Of a stretch of DNA of 64,000 bases, positions 26,501 through 39,646 are shown in pieces. The position numbers and the translations under genes are program-made. Below the pieces are notes generated by a model. It saw only the letters and a program-made list of their open reading frames with translations. It had not been told where the DNA came from and made no database searches. Origin of the DNA: Lingula anatina (taxonomy: Eukaryota; Animalia; Brachiopoda); contig CM120641.1 in assembly GCA_051362555.1 (NCBI GenBank), positions 10,478,001-10,542,000 of the forward strand, given 5' to 3'. Numbering within the stretch: the stretch's first letter is position 1; every line of letters begins with the position of its first letter.

Positions 26501-29500
26501 CAGGAGACATACCCTAGCACTGGTACCATTAAGAGGAAGGGTTTATTCATTTGGACTTGGTGCCAGTGGTCAGTTGGGCACAGGGAATACCAGTAACTGC
26601 AATAGTCCATCCACAGTGAAAGGTCCTTGGGTACCTGCAGTGGTCACCAATGGACCGTCCAGTTCTGATAGCAGCATGGAAGTGGATGACACCAAATCAG
26701 AAGCATATGTGATAAGGACTATTTACAGTGGAGGGGATCAGTGCTTTATGTACACTGCCAAACCTGATCTCCACATGCGTGCTGAAGATTTCCGGACTCA
26801 GAAGCCACATTATACTTTACTCACATTGAATGAAGATGTTGTAGAGAGATGTGTGGCTGTTCAGAAAGACGCCAGACTTCCACTGGAGGTGACGGCGTGA
26901 GTACTGCTATGTGTCATTTTGATTACACATGAAAGTTTTCGAAACGTTGGGCTCTAGTAAAGTGCCTCTGAAGTGATTTTGTGAGTGTATTATCATGATT
27001 TTTGTGTTGTGCAGTTAATAAAGATAATGAGATTATTGTGCTTTGAGATATACAAAACTTTTCCCTGTATATTGGAATGTTGAACTGTTCAACTATTGAC
27101 CATGTTTTCCATCAGTTTTATTTGTAACCGAATCTTATGCATTTTTATGATTTAAACAGTTTCACACATTAGTTTCTGAAATATTTTATTCCTTTATTTC
27201 AGTGACCTGGAGATGGTTTTCTCTTCAGCGTCTTGCTTAAATGGCTCTTTCTTACTCCGGTAGGTTCATTCAGTATTTATATAGTTTTAAAAGATACTTT
27301 ATAGCATATAAACATTTTGAAAGAATTCTTTTTGTGTAATGTCAACTGAGAAAGAAATCTCTCATTTAGAATAAAAGTATAAGGTGAAATATAATCTAGT
27401 TGTCTTACAGTGAGTAGCAGTTTAATTTCATGTTGATACCCCTGAACTTTTTTGAAATGCATTTTATGAAAAAATATCCTTTTATGTATAAATATAAATT
27501 TTCAGTGATAACAGACATTTAGGAAGTAGCAGGCTTAACCATGGCATAGACTTTGATGCTGCTCAAGAAATTTTTCAGATGCTCAAAAATGCTCCAAATA
27601 CTTTAATATCCCACCAAGTAAGTCGATTTAAACTCCTTTCCTTCCGTCAACTGGAGTAGAGAAAGTATGTATATCATGAGCAGGATGCCTTGCAATATCT
27701 GTCATCTCCTTTGACTTTTTAGACACTAATGAAGCAGATGCTGACATCTGCAACATGAAGCGCAGTGCATGGAAACTTGGAATGATTGTAATAAAGATGG
27801 AAAACACACTTACAATAAATTAGAATCACTGGCAGAATGTATGAAGAAGGATGATTAAACAAAATATTATAGCAGTCTCTTACATTATATCTACAGAATA
27901 TCATAGCTATAATTTACAACTGGGTGAATCACCCTTGGATCGGGGAAATAAGAATGCAATTTTTTATTCAGGGATTTTTCTCTGATATTCATTTTCAGAT
28001 ATGTGCAACATTGGAACAAAAACTACTGCCCAGTTTACCTAGTTCTCCACCAGATATTGAAGCTATAAGACTGTATTTAGTGCTTCCCTTTTGCCACATA
28101 TTTGAAAACCCTAATTTTTACAGTACCATCATCTGTCCATTTGGGCAGTCCATTATCAGCTTAGACAAGGTAGCAACAAAAGTGATTGGTAAGTCTGCCT
28201 CTTTATTTATTTATTTATTTTTTTTTTTTGTTTATTTATTTTATTTTATTTTTCTAAGTCAAATTGTGAAGCATCATATTTGTTTAATTACAAGTCATTC
28301 TCAAAATAAACTATGCCTTTGTGCAGATGTTCAGAAATGTAAGACATGTCTGATTATTGTTTCTTTTCTTTTAGATCAATGGTGGTCAAAGCTCAGATCG
28401 AGAGATTTCAAAAAACTTGTCACTGTAAGTGTTTTGATGTGTTTCACCACTATGAATTACTTGAACAAAAATCTTTATAAAACCCACATATTGCATTATG
28501 ATTCTTTAACTTAAAGTCCTCTTTTTCTCCCAGTTCTACTGTGCATGTATTCCTAGCTTGGCATTGCTTTAGAATAGTTTATCAATGAATTATGGTTTAG
28601 ATAAATGAAAAGTTCTGTATTGAATTTGAATGTTTGATTCATTTATAATACATTTCTGGTATTTTATATTATTTCAGATTTACAAACAATGTGTAGTGTT
28701 CATTTTACAAGAACCTCATGCCAAGAATGAGTTTGAGGTAGGCAGTCTGTATGCTTACTTGTTTCAGTTTGTATTTTGTAAAGCTTACAAAGGATTCAGT
28801 TACATAATAGTTAAACTTCAAGTTGTTTTGGACAAATCATTACGTGAGCTTTAATTTACCTCTGAAAGCAAGTCAACACTGGTGAAATAAAGTTATCCTT
28901 CAGATATAATATGAGGATAAGGTATTTGCCATAAGGAATAAAATTTCTTAATGATATTTTTACTCCCTAGGTACTGGTTAGGCAGAAAGGATTGCATGTT
29001 TCAATGGAGATTCTGAGGAAACTTTATACAGTATGTGTCTTTCTTTGATTTGAATTCAAATTTTTATATTAAAAAGGCTCTTGTTGCAATGTTCTAATTA
29101 CACATTTTTGTATTGTTCCGTTAGATTTTGAGGATGAACAGAGGATTCTCTTATCATCGTCAGATATATCTGCCTTTAAGATAACGATCAATAGTTGCCA
29201 CTTTAATTAAGACGAGCATATTACTGTGAAAAGAAAATAGAACTGAAGTATTTTATTTGTTTGATCTAGGTAAATGATGGTGGTGGACAGATCATCCCAT
29301 ATGACAGTTTCTACATCTGGGAATTAAAGGACAAAGTGGACATCAGAGCCGACTATGTCAACTGGATTCAATCAAAGGTTAGATGATTTTGAAAAGTCCA
29401 TTTTGCAGTTTTGCAACCATCCCTTAGCGTATTTTTTTAAAATGAAATTTACTTACTTCCATCCCCCATAAAAATCAAGTATATCGTCAACTCATCCCCC

Positions 29501-30725
29501 ACATTGAGAACTATGCTAATTGTGCTGTTGTTAATGTAGCAGTAATCTGGTGTAACAAATTGCTGTCCAGAAGTACCTCTTTTGAGAGTATTTGACCTTT
29601 CATTTTTTTCTGAGCAAAATGTTAATAGCATTTCATAACCAATCAAATAACTGATTTTTCCCTAAATGATTACACATACAAGGTTTATTGTTAATTCAAT
29701 ATCCACTTCATATATAGATTATTTTAGGATTTCTTTATTTAAAATTTTACCCAGGGCTCTGGTGGTATGCTGTCATTCTGTAATTTTCCCTTCGTGTTTG
29801 ATGCTCAAGCCAAAACACTTTTATTACACACTGATGCAGTCATGCAGATGCAGGTAAGTCACATCATCAGAAAGGTACTTAAAATGAACAGAAAGGATGA
29901 AATATTACAGTGTATTAGGTTTCAGTCTCTTATTTATATTTTTAATATATATTAATGATTTTATTTTAGAAATTGATAAAGTGGGTGCCAATAATATATC
30001 ACGTTTCTATGTCGGACTTTTTGGAAGACAGACATTGGCTAAATTTGAACTATTATTGCTTTAACGTGGACACTTAGCTGGCTGTTGATGAAGTCCATCG
30101 GAGGAACTTTAGCAGTTTGTTCATTCCAACCATTGATCCTGTCAACCCGTGTTTGGTGCTATACATTGATCGCAGGAGTGTGGTTCAAGACACAATAAAC
30201 CAGCTTGCAAAGCAAGGCAGCACAGATTTCAAGAAACCTCTCAAAGTAAGCACCCATGCAGCTGTCAGCAGTTTATTTATATAGTTACATAACTGCTTGC
30301 TTTTTCATTCCAGTGTCATTGTATACTGTATGTATTAATGAAATATAATGATGATAGCAATGAAACTGTATATTCATAGATAAATTGATTTATATTTACT
30401 TTAAATTTGATCACTGTTGAAAAGTTACCTTTATATACAGTTCACTTCTTAGTATGGTCTGTATATTATTAAATGTTTTCATCTGGCATTAATCTTTTCC
30501 TATCTTTTCCTAAGCTTGCTGTATAGAAATATACACCATGGAATGATGATTGCTCTGCTTGATCATATGATAATGTGCATTTCTTGCATCTTGTATTTTG
30601 TGTCTTGACAGTCAGTTTCTTCTTGTGTAACTAGATTTATACTATATTTATGAAGTTTTTTAAACTGCATGTGTGTAGAGTTTTTTGCTTCGTTTCATTT
30701 TTACTGTTTTCTGCTCAGGGAATCT

Positions 30726-30777
<52 letters not shown>

Positions 30778-33700
30778 CATTCGTATGTGTGAGAGAGAGA
30801 GAAAGAGGGGATGCCAAATATGTTGATTTATTTTCCCAGTGTGGCTTTTTATAAAAAATATTTGCCCCTGTTCCTCTTACTGACAGCACTCTTACTGCTT
30901 ATTTCACTATGAAATATTGTTGGTGAACAGTAATGATTGAAAACAATACCATTATCTCATTTCTTTAAATAATGAGCTAAAGAAAATTTCTTTGGGATGC
31001 CGTGGCCTGCTGTGGCTTGAAAAATAGATTTTGCTTTGGCTTGCACTTGTGCTTATGCATAAAAATTTTGACCCAGTTCTACTACAAATATGCATGTTGA
31101 GAAGGTTTTTAAGTTATCTGCATGGTGAGAGTATGCTTACTTTTTCTAGGTGATAATGAAGGGAGAAGAAGCTGTGGATGCTGGGGGAGTGAGAAAGGTA
31201 TGTTTGGTGTGTTGTGATGGCTTATTCATGATTTTACTTCAGGGTATTTCTGGCTTTCTCGTTCTAGGTGGTGTTTTTGGGTGAGGAAGCTCAGGATGAA
31301 GGTGGAGTGAGAAAGGTGTCTGCAAATTGAAAATTATTTCATATTTTGACCATGTTTTTTATTATTTGACTTTGTTTATATGATTATTATTTTTTATGGA
31401 GTATGTTCTTATAGTTTCCAAGTTTGTATGTTAATGCTTGTTTTAGATTGTTACACATCAGGTTATATTAAGGTGTTCCAGTGTTATATTAATGAAATGC
31501 TTATTTTAATTAGAATTGTAATATGATCACCAGTTGATTTTATCAAGTTTCTTGATTTTAAGTGAAGCACTTGCCAAAAGACAACAATTTCACATTATCT
31601 TACATCATATGTGTTTTGTCATTTTTGTTTACTGTATCTTGGGGTTTTGTAGGAGTTTTTCTTGCTGCTGTTGAGAGAAATCTTAGACCCCAAATATGGC
31701 ATGTTTAGGTACTATGAAGAGTCTCGAATGATTTGGTTCAATAACAAGGTATGGCTCAACAACATTTATTTAGCAGTTTTATTTTGTATGCTGAAAAAGC
31801 TTCAGTGACTATAAGGTAATATTTTGGAAATTATTCTATACCATCCTTTTCCCCCCAGAATAGTAGGGGAGCATTATGTCAACTTTTGGTGGTTCATTTA
31901 ACACCATTCTTTTGTTTAATATTCTACCAGTTTAAATCTGCTATAAATTCATAATTGTACCACCAGCGTTAGCGCTGGCGGTACACATGGTTTCGGTCCC
32001 GTCCGGATCGTTCCGCCGGCTCCGCCGGCTCCGCCGGACGGCTACCGTTACCGCTTCTCCTCCTAGACGGTAAGGGCCCCCGTACCCATCTCTTGGATTT
32101 AGGTCACCTATAATCTCAACTCGTTCCACGTAAAATTTGGGCTTTGTCGGTATTGGGGTCTAGGTGTGGCACTCATTGCAATGCACCCTTGTCTAAAAAT
32201 GGCAAAATTAAATGCTAATTATCTACCCTACGGAAGGAATTATGGGAAAAATTTCTACAGACGGCTTTCCAAAAGTCATATGTGTAGATTTCAAATATGC
32301 CCTTGGATTTGACCTTTGACCTTTATTTCAAGGTCAAACGGGCCAAAATTTTCAAAAAAATTAATTTTTTTACGAAAAAAAAATTATTTGCCCTGTTATT
32401 CAGACACCACACAGACTTAACCAAAAATATTATTGGAAGTTGTTACCCTTCAGGTCATCTTTCATCTCCGTGAATTTGGGGTCAATCGGTGCATTTTCAC
32501 GGGAGTAGCGGCCATAAGATACTGAAACTGAAAACTGTCTCTAATTCGGGAACCGTTAATGCTAGAGACCCATTCTTTTTTGCATTTTGTAGAGCATGTA
32601 AAGCCCAACACTGGAGGTGGTCTCCGTTTTTTTGTATTCCATACGGTTTTCGAGTTACGCTGTATCAAAAAGTACATATTGGTGGTGAAAGCAAAATGTG
32701 CAGTACGGTAATGGATAATAAATTTTGAACTCCAGAAAAAAATATATATAAGGCTTGGCAAAGCAGACAACTCATGGTCAAAAATAACATTATTTCATCA
32801 AATTTGAACTTCTGGAACTTCAGAGCACCTCCCATTTCAAGAATTTTGACCAAAATTACCTTTTCTTTATTTTAATTAATTTTTTTCTGTAGGAAATTTA
32901 TGGCACATTATGGTAACTCCAAAATTATAACATTTAGTCCCTTATATCTCCAAAACTGACAGAGATAGGTCCATAGTTACTATTGAAGTTGAATAGGAAG
33001 TCATATACTGGCAATCTTACTGTGACCTTGAAATTGACCTTTGACCTACTTTTCACCATGAACTGAACTTTGCAAATTTTGCTTCCCTTTTATCTACAAA
33101 ACTGGCAGAGATATGTCCATAGTTACTATTGAACTTGAATAGGAAGTCATATACTGGCAATCTAAATGTGTCCTTAAAATTGACCTTTGACCTACTTTTC
33201 ACCATGAACTGAACTTTGCAAATTTTGCTTCCCTTTTATCTCCAAAACTGGCAGAGATAGGTCCATAGTTACTATTGAACTTGAAAAGGAAGTCATATAC
33301 TGGCAATCTAAATGTGACCTTGAAATTGACCTTTGACCTACTATTCACCATGAACTGAACTTTGCAAATTTTGCTTCCCTTTTATCTCCAAAACTGGCAG
33401 AGATAGGTCCATAGTTACTATTGAACTTGAATAGGAAGTCATATACTGGCAATCTTACTGTGACCTTGAAATTGACCTTTGACCTACTTTTCACCATGAA
33501 CTGAACTTTGTAAATTTTGCTTCCCTTTTATCTCCGAACCTGGCAGAGATATGTCCATGGTTACTATTGAACTTGAATAGGAAGTCATATACTGGCAATC
33601 TTACTGTGACCTTGAAATTGACCTTTGACCTACTTTTCACCATGAACTGAACTTTGCAAATTTTGATTCCCTTTTATCTCCAAAACTGGCAGAGATATGT

Positions 33701-36700
33701 TGATAGTTACCATTGAAGTTGAATAGGAAGTCATATACTGGCAATCTTACTGTGACCTTGAAATTGACCTTTGACCTACTTTTCACCATGAACTGAACTT
33801 TGCAAATTTTGCTTCCCTTTTTTCTCCAGCACTGGCTGAGATAGGTCCATAATTACTATAGAACTTGAATAGGAAGTCATATACTGGCAATCTAAATGTG
33901 ACCTTAAAATTGACCTTTTACCTACTTTTCACCATGAACTGAACTTTGCAAATTTTGCTTCCCTTTTATCTCCAAAGTTACGCTGTATCAAAAAGTACAT
34001 ATTGGTGGTGAAAGCAAAATGTGCAGTACGGTAATGGATAATAAATTTTGAACTCCAGAAAAATAAAACATAAGGCTTGGCGAAGCAGACAACTTGTGGT
34101 CAAAAAAAAAAAACATTATTTCATCAAATTTGAACATCTCGAACTTCAGAGCACCTCCCATTTCAAGAATTTTGACCAAAATGACCTTTTCTTTATTTCA
34201 ATTATTTTTTTCTGTAGGAAATTTATGGCACATTATGGTAACTCCAAAATTATAACATTTAGTCCCTTATATCTCCAAAACTGGCAGAGATAGGTCCATA
34301 GTTACTATTGAAGTTGAATAGGAAGTCATATACTGGCAATCTTACTGTGATCTTTAAATTGATCTTTGACCTACTTTTCACTGTGAACTGAACTTTGCAA
34401 ATTTTGCTTCCCTTTTATCTCCAAAACTGGCAGAGATATGTCCATAGTTACTATTGAAGTTGAATAGGAAGTCATATACTGGCAATCTTACTGTGTCCTT
34501 AAAATTGACCTTTGACCTACTTTTCACCATAAACTGAACTTTGTAAATTTTGCTTCCCTTTTATCTCCAAAACTGGCAGAGATAGGTCCATAGTTACTAT
34601 TGAAGTTGAATAGGAAGTCATATACTGGCAATCTAAATGTGACCTTAAAATTGACCTTTGACCTACTTTCCACCATGAACTGAACTTGCAAATTTTGCTT
34701 CCCTTCTATCTCCAAAGTTACGCTGTATCAAAAAGTATATATTGGTGGTGAAAGCAAAATGCGCAGTACGGTAATGGATAATAAATTTTGAACTCCAGAA
34801 AAATAAAACATAAGGCTTGGCAAAGCAGACAACTCATGGTCAAAAATGACATTATATCATCAAATTTTAACATCTCGAACTTCAAGACACTTCCCATTTC
34901 AAGAATTTTGACCAAAATTACCTTTTCTTTATTTTAATTAATTTTTTCTGTAGGAAATTTATGGCACATTATGGTAACTCCAAAATTATAACATTTAGTC
35001 CCTTATATCTCCAAAACTGGCAGAGATAGGTCCATAGTTACTATTGAAGTTGAATAGGAAGTCATATACTGGCAATCTTACTGTGACCTTGAAATTGACC
35101 TTTGACCTACTTTTCACCATGAACTGAACTTTGCAAATTTTGATTCCCTTTTATCTCCAAAACTGGCAGAGATAGGTCCATAGTTACTATTAAACTTGAA
35201 AAGGAAGTCATATACTGGCAATTTACTGTGACCTTGAAATTGACCTTTGACCTACCTTACGATGAATTAACTTTGATTGTACCATTTTAAAATAAAAAAA
35301 ATTTTTTGCATATTTTGAAAATTCTTGTTGATTGCATTTTTACAGCTTGTCAAGCACAAGACTGGTGGCTGTGTCCCTTACTTTGTGTATGTGGGGGTCT
35401 ATACGAATGCGCTTGCTCCAGCTGGTGGTACAATATTCGGAGGCGGTATCGCCTCTCTGATCCTCTAGTTGAATATCTTTGCAGACATTTGAAGATCCGG
35501 TCATGTTCTTTCTTATTGGGGTTCTCTGTGGTCTTGCCATTTACAACAATACAATCATTGATCTGCCTTTTCCTCAAGCACTCTACAAAAAACTGCTGAA
35601 GAGGTATGGGATACATAATGATCATTTTTTCAATTTTTTTTTTACAGATTAAAATCTGATTTGTAATCCAAGCAGTAAATGTTTCAGTTTTAACCAGAAA
35701 TGATCAAGATAGTTTCAACTAAAATTTAGTTTTTGTGTTCAAAAGCTGAAACTTTATTGCAATCCCCCCTCCCCCCGTATCTTTTGCATTTTAAAACTGT
35801 GTTGACCAAGTAGAGGGAGATGATATTAAAGAGATTTTGTTGAGTGAAGTGGGGTTGCTTCATAAACATCTGCCTATGAAAGTTAAGCCTAAACCATGAT
35901 TCTGTATTTTGTGTGTTATTGAAGCATAATAACTTAATTTTATCATTCCTAGACCTGTTGTGATGGATGACCTCAGGGAACTCATGCCAGATGTTGCCAA
36001 GTAAGATTAACCTTCAGTTCACCCCAGAGAGAGAGAGAGAGACTATTTTAGAACTTTTAGCCTTGGCTTTAAAAGACAATATTCATGTGACCTGAAGATA
36101 ATGTGCAGTTGCACCTGCTCTAGAAAGTATTTGCCTGGTAGTATCCATTTAATGGCAATTCTCTAAAAATGCATATGATTCCAAGGGAATTTTTTTCTTT
36201 TTAAGAAACATGCAAGAACTCCTGGATTATGAAGATGATGTTCAAGAAGCATTCTGCCTCAATTTTGTGGTAAGCTTATTTCTTATCTTTTGACAATGAA
36301 TGACCAAAATAAAATGCTTTATAAAAGGAAACATTTTAAGGAGGGTTATTGCTATCTGTTTTGAAGGTTTTGACTGTATTTTTTACAGATTGTTCAAGAC
36401 AACTTTGGAGAGCCAGAGCATATTGAACTGATACCAGACGGAGCCAACATTGATGTCACTGCCGAAAACAGGTGAAATTTTTTATCTTTAAATAGTTAAT
36501 AATTGCCTTTATTTAAACATTTAACACAAATTGTAGATGATAGAATGACATAATAGAATAACAATTACACTTAGTCTAGTTTCTAGGTGTGAACCTTTGG
36601 CTGTACCAGTACTTTCTATTTACAGACATCAATATATAGATGCCTACATTGATCACATCTTTAACAAATCTGTGCAAACACAATTTGAAGCTTTCCATAC

Positions 36701-38040
36701 TGGCTTTCTAAAAGTTTGTGGAGGACGAGTGATGGTAAGTTATCACCATTTGCTCTTAATTATGGAGCTGTTTTCTCTGTATTACCTGAGATCATTTTAA
36801 AGTAATCAGAAAACGGAAGAAAATTAGCTTGAGTACAGCAGCTAATTTTTGATAATTCCCCTTTATATGAATGATGACATGAATTGCAACAGCTTTGTGT
36901 ATGTAATTGTAATGTTGTTCAACCTAAGGTATTCTTGTCTTATATCAACTTTTATGTTATACAGTTATTTCAAAGAAAATGTTTAATCTGGATACTAAGA
37001 AAATATTATCCAAATACCAACCTCCCTCCTGTTATATAGGACCTATTTCACCCAGCAGAGCTTCAGGCCATGGTGGTTGGAAATGAAAACTATGACTGGG
37101 AAGAATTGGAAAAGGTGATCACATTTTTCTTTCACTTAGATTTACTTCTCATGTTATTTTTATATGTGGTAAATCAAGTTTAGACCAATTCATCTTAGTC
37201 AATTTATTTCTACTCGAGTTTGTATATAGACATCCTAAAAAAGTAATCAGAAGCATGCTTTGTCAGATTTAACTATGTTGTGCAAATGTGCTAAATGGAG
37301 AACTTTACTTTTTAGACTGCAGAATACAAAGGGGAATACTGGAGAAATCATCATACCATCAAAATTTTCTGGGAAGTCTTTAGAGAGATGACAGTTTCAC
37401 AGAAGAAGAAATTTCTATGTAAGCACTGTACTTTAAAATGTTAAAATCAAGTACTTCTTTCAATCAATTTTTCAATCTATTCAATCCCATATAGAGTACC
37501 TTTAATGTTTTATTTCTGGTGCCTTTAAATTGAACTTTAAATATATGTAAGGTGACACTACGAACAGAAATTACTTTTTTCCTTGGTTTGGAGAAGATAT
37601 GGAAACTGTTCACCAAGCTGTTAACTAAAAATTTGCGTTCTTTTTACTGTTTCAGTATTTCTCACAGGCTCTGACAGAATTCCAATTCTTGGTATGAAGG
37701 CAGTCAAGGTAAATATGCATTGGACTCAGTTTATCCTCAGTCAACACTATATTATATATCTTAGAAGTAGTGATTTAGCTTTACATCTTTTTTTTTTTTT
37801 TTTTTTTTTTTTTGTTGGTTTGGGTAATTTTCATTATTTTATTTGTAATTATTTCCTAATGAAAAACTTTTATTTTTTTTAAAGATCTTTATCCAGCCTA
37901 CAGGAGGTGGAGAGGACTATTTACCAGTTGCTCACACATGCTTCAATCTCTTGGACTTGCCAAAGTTTACCAATAAAGACAAATTAAGGCAGAAACTTCT
38001 CCAGGCCGTAGAACAGAGTGAAGGATTTGGGTTGGTTTGA
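23564..38040 (+). CDS. HERC4: Small HERC-family E3 ubiquitin ligase (RCC1-like domain + HECT), HERC3/4-like
   Basis: Starts [19 protein letters not shown], with RCC1 repeats ([22 protein letters not shown]). Middle region has [15 protein letters not shown] and [30 protein letters not shown] has [15 protein letters not shown]|V..GEEA.D.GGVRK|[18 protein letters not shown] and the catalytic C-terminus [15 protein letters not shown]...EGFGLV* (TGA 38038-38040). More than 20 GT-AG exons; non-coding 5' exon(s) likely near 22550-22947. Confidence 0.95.
23950..24430. mobile_element. Degenerate HINE-like repeat with internal inverted duplication
   Basis: Shares TTCTCCTCCTAGAC with the element at 32054. 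Has a GTCC/GGTCC-like microrepeat near its 5' end and two degenerate tandem units; 24036-24073 is the reverse complement of adjacent sequence. Confidence 0.5.
30727..30802. repeat. (GT)n and (GA)n microsatellite
   Basis: Perfect GT run followed by a short GA run. Confidence 0.95.
31150..31197 (+). CDS. HERC4: HERC4 duplicated exon A ([16 protein letters not shown])
   Basis: TTTTTCTAG acceptor, 48 nt, AAG|GTATGT donor. Confidence 0.85.
31268..31315 (+). CDS. HERC4: HERC4 duplicated exon B ([16 protein letters not shown])
   Basis: TTTCTCGTTCTAG acceptor, 48 nt, AAG|GT donor; same phase and homologous peptide as exon A. Confidence 0.8.
31955..35470 (+). mobile_element. Non-autonomous Helentron/HINE-like element carrying a 146-bp satellite array
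   Basis: 5' subTIR TTGTACCACCAGC (31955-31967) with an adjacent hairpin arm, then a CCGG/GTCC-rich microrepeat and an internal tandem array. 3' subTIR GCTGGTGGTACAA (35421-35433), stem-loop GAGGCG-GTAT-CGCCTC and terminal CTAGTT. Confidence 0.8.
32655..35256. repeat. 146-bp tandem satellite with higher-order structure
   Basis: Unit TATCTCCAAAACTGGCAGAGATAGGTCCATAGTTACTATTGAA...TGACCTTGAAATTGACCTTTGACCTAC...GCTTCCCTTT recurs at 32945, 33091, 33237, 33383 and onward. A ~290-bp block starting GTTACGCTGTATCAAAAAGTA recurs at ~32655, ~33977 and ~34717. Confidence 0.95.
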
Positions 38041-39646
38041 AACAGCTATATGTGATGAAGGCCATGATTTAAGTGGTCCATAATCATGATTGTAGCAAGG
38101 TTTCCTGGATTCGGTGTTTAATTCTGAAAACTGGGTTGGATACTAGTACTTGTAAGATATGATGTATATTTTAGCTCACACAAGTGTCAACCTTATACCA
38201 GCTGTGATAAAAGGATTATCCAACTTTTGCATTGCATCGTCTTTGTTATGTTAACCGAAATATTTTCAATATTTTTGTATGGGTCATTTCAACCAGTGAA
38301 AGTTTCAGATATTTTTGATTTTTGCAGTAATTTGCAATTTTTAATACAATCTACTGGACAATTAGGGTGTGATTTTACTGGACTTGAGTTAAGACTGGTT
38401 TAAGGGCTGACTTTCACAAATTTTGAGTCCATGGATTTCAGATCCCTTGAAATCTTAATCTTAGCGATGGGTTATAGAATTTGCTGAAGCCCCCCCCCCC
38501 CCCCCCCCCCCCCTTCATGACTTCCATCTTTTTTCAGCTGTTTTATACGAAAATTACCACTTTGGTAACTCCTTACAATGGAATGAAATAAAATGAATCC
38601 CCTGAAAAGAAGAAAATGCCTAACCTTGTGGACATTTTCCAAATGAATTAAGTGAAAAGGCATACAGAATATTAAATTTAGTTAACCACTTATTCAAGTT
38701 CAATTTTAAGAGGCCCATCTTAACACATATCTTAACAATATGAGGTATGTGGGGATGTTTTATTCTGCATGCAAATTCAGTTGTTTTAAATGCAAGTCTT
38801 AAAATGATACAGTTATTACCAAGGTCGAATTTGCTTGGTTTTTACAGACTGAATGTCTGTTAATACTCTACATTGTGTATGTGAGGAAAACCCCTTGATT
38901 TATTTATTCATCAATGATAATAAATGTGATGGAAAATATAATTATAAACAAACAATATTTTGTCATTACACATACCTTTTTTATTTGTTTGTACAAAATA
39001 AAGTTTTAATGCTAAGAAAAAATCTTCAAGCATTTTCCCTTTACAGCAGACATGAGGCTGAAATAAAAGCCTCAAAATGGATAATTGACTGATTAAGAGC
39101 ATAAAACTCTTAATATTCCATCATGTAAAAATGTAACTTAAAGCATAAATTTCCTGTAACACATAAATCCTTACTACCAGTTTCCTACACAAATTGATTC
39201 CAAGTGCCAAACGATAAACCAAATTAATCACTTGGTAAGCCAAAAAAGGACTTTAAAACTGCACCTTCAACCTTTTTTGTCATAAATTTGACCTACCCTC
39301 CAGTCCTTCCAGTTCTTAAAAGCCTGCCATATGATGTAGTCCTGTTTGATGTCTAACCGCTGCATGTGAAATAGCATAAATCAAATGAGAGGTGACAAAA
39401 ATGACCAGGTATCATGTATGGTATAGAAAGTAAACAAAAAAAAATCTATTTAAATATTTTTCGGGAATAATAAAACTGAGGTATAGCTATTAATTGCTTA
39501 ACTGAAATATATGGTGGCGTATGTCAGATTTAAGGGCAATAATTTGACATGCCTTCTTGCTTTGTATGCATCCTTTTAAAATTCATATATCTGTCAAACA
39601 TTACACGCATAATACTGATTTATTTTAAAAAAAAAAAAAAGAAAAA

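Noticed and set aside
27924-28514. 196-aa ORF as a separate gene
   Set aside because: It is two HERC4 exons read through an intron with low-complexity T-rich translation.
32462-34915. Repeated short ORFs ([13 protein letters not shown]...)
   Set aside because: Translations of the satellite's higher-order spacer, with frame differences between copies.
32655-35256. Regular repeat array as a CRISPR locus
   Set aside because: Units are contiguous 146-bp near-identical repeats without unique spacers, in a eukaryotic intron, with no cas genes.
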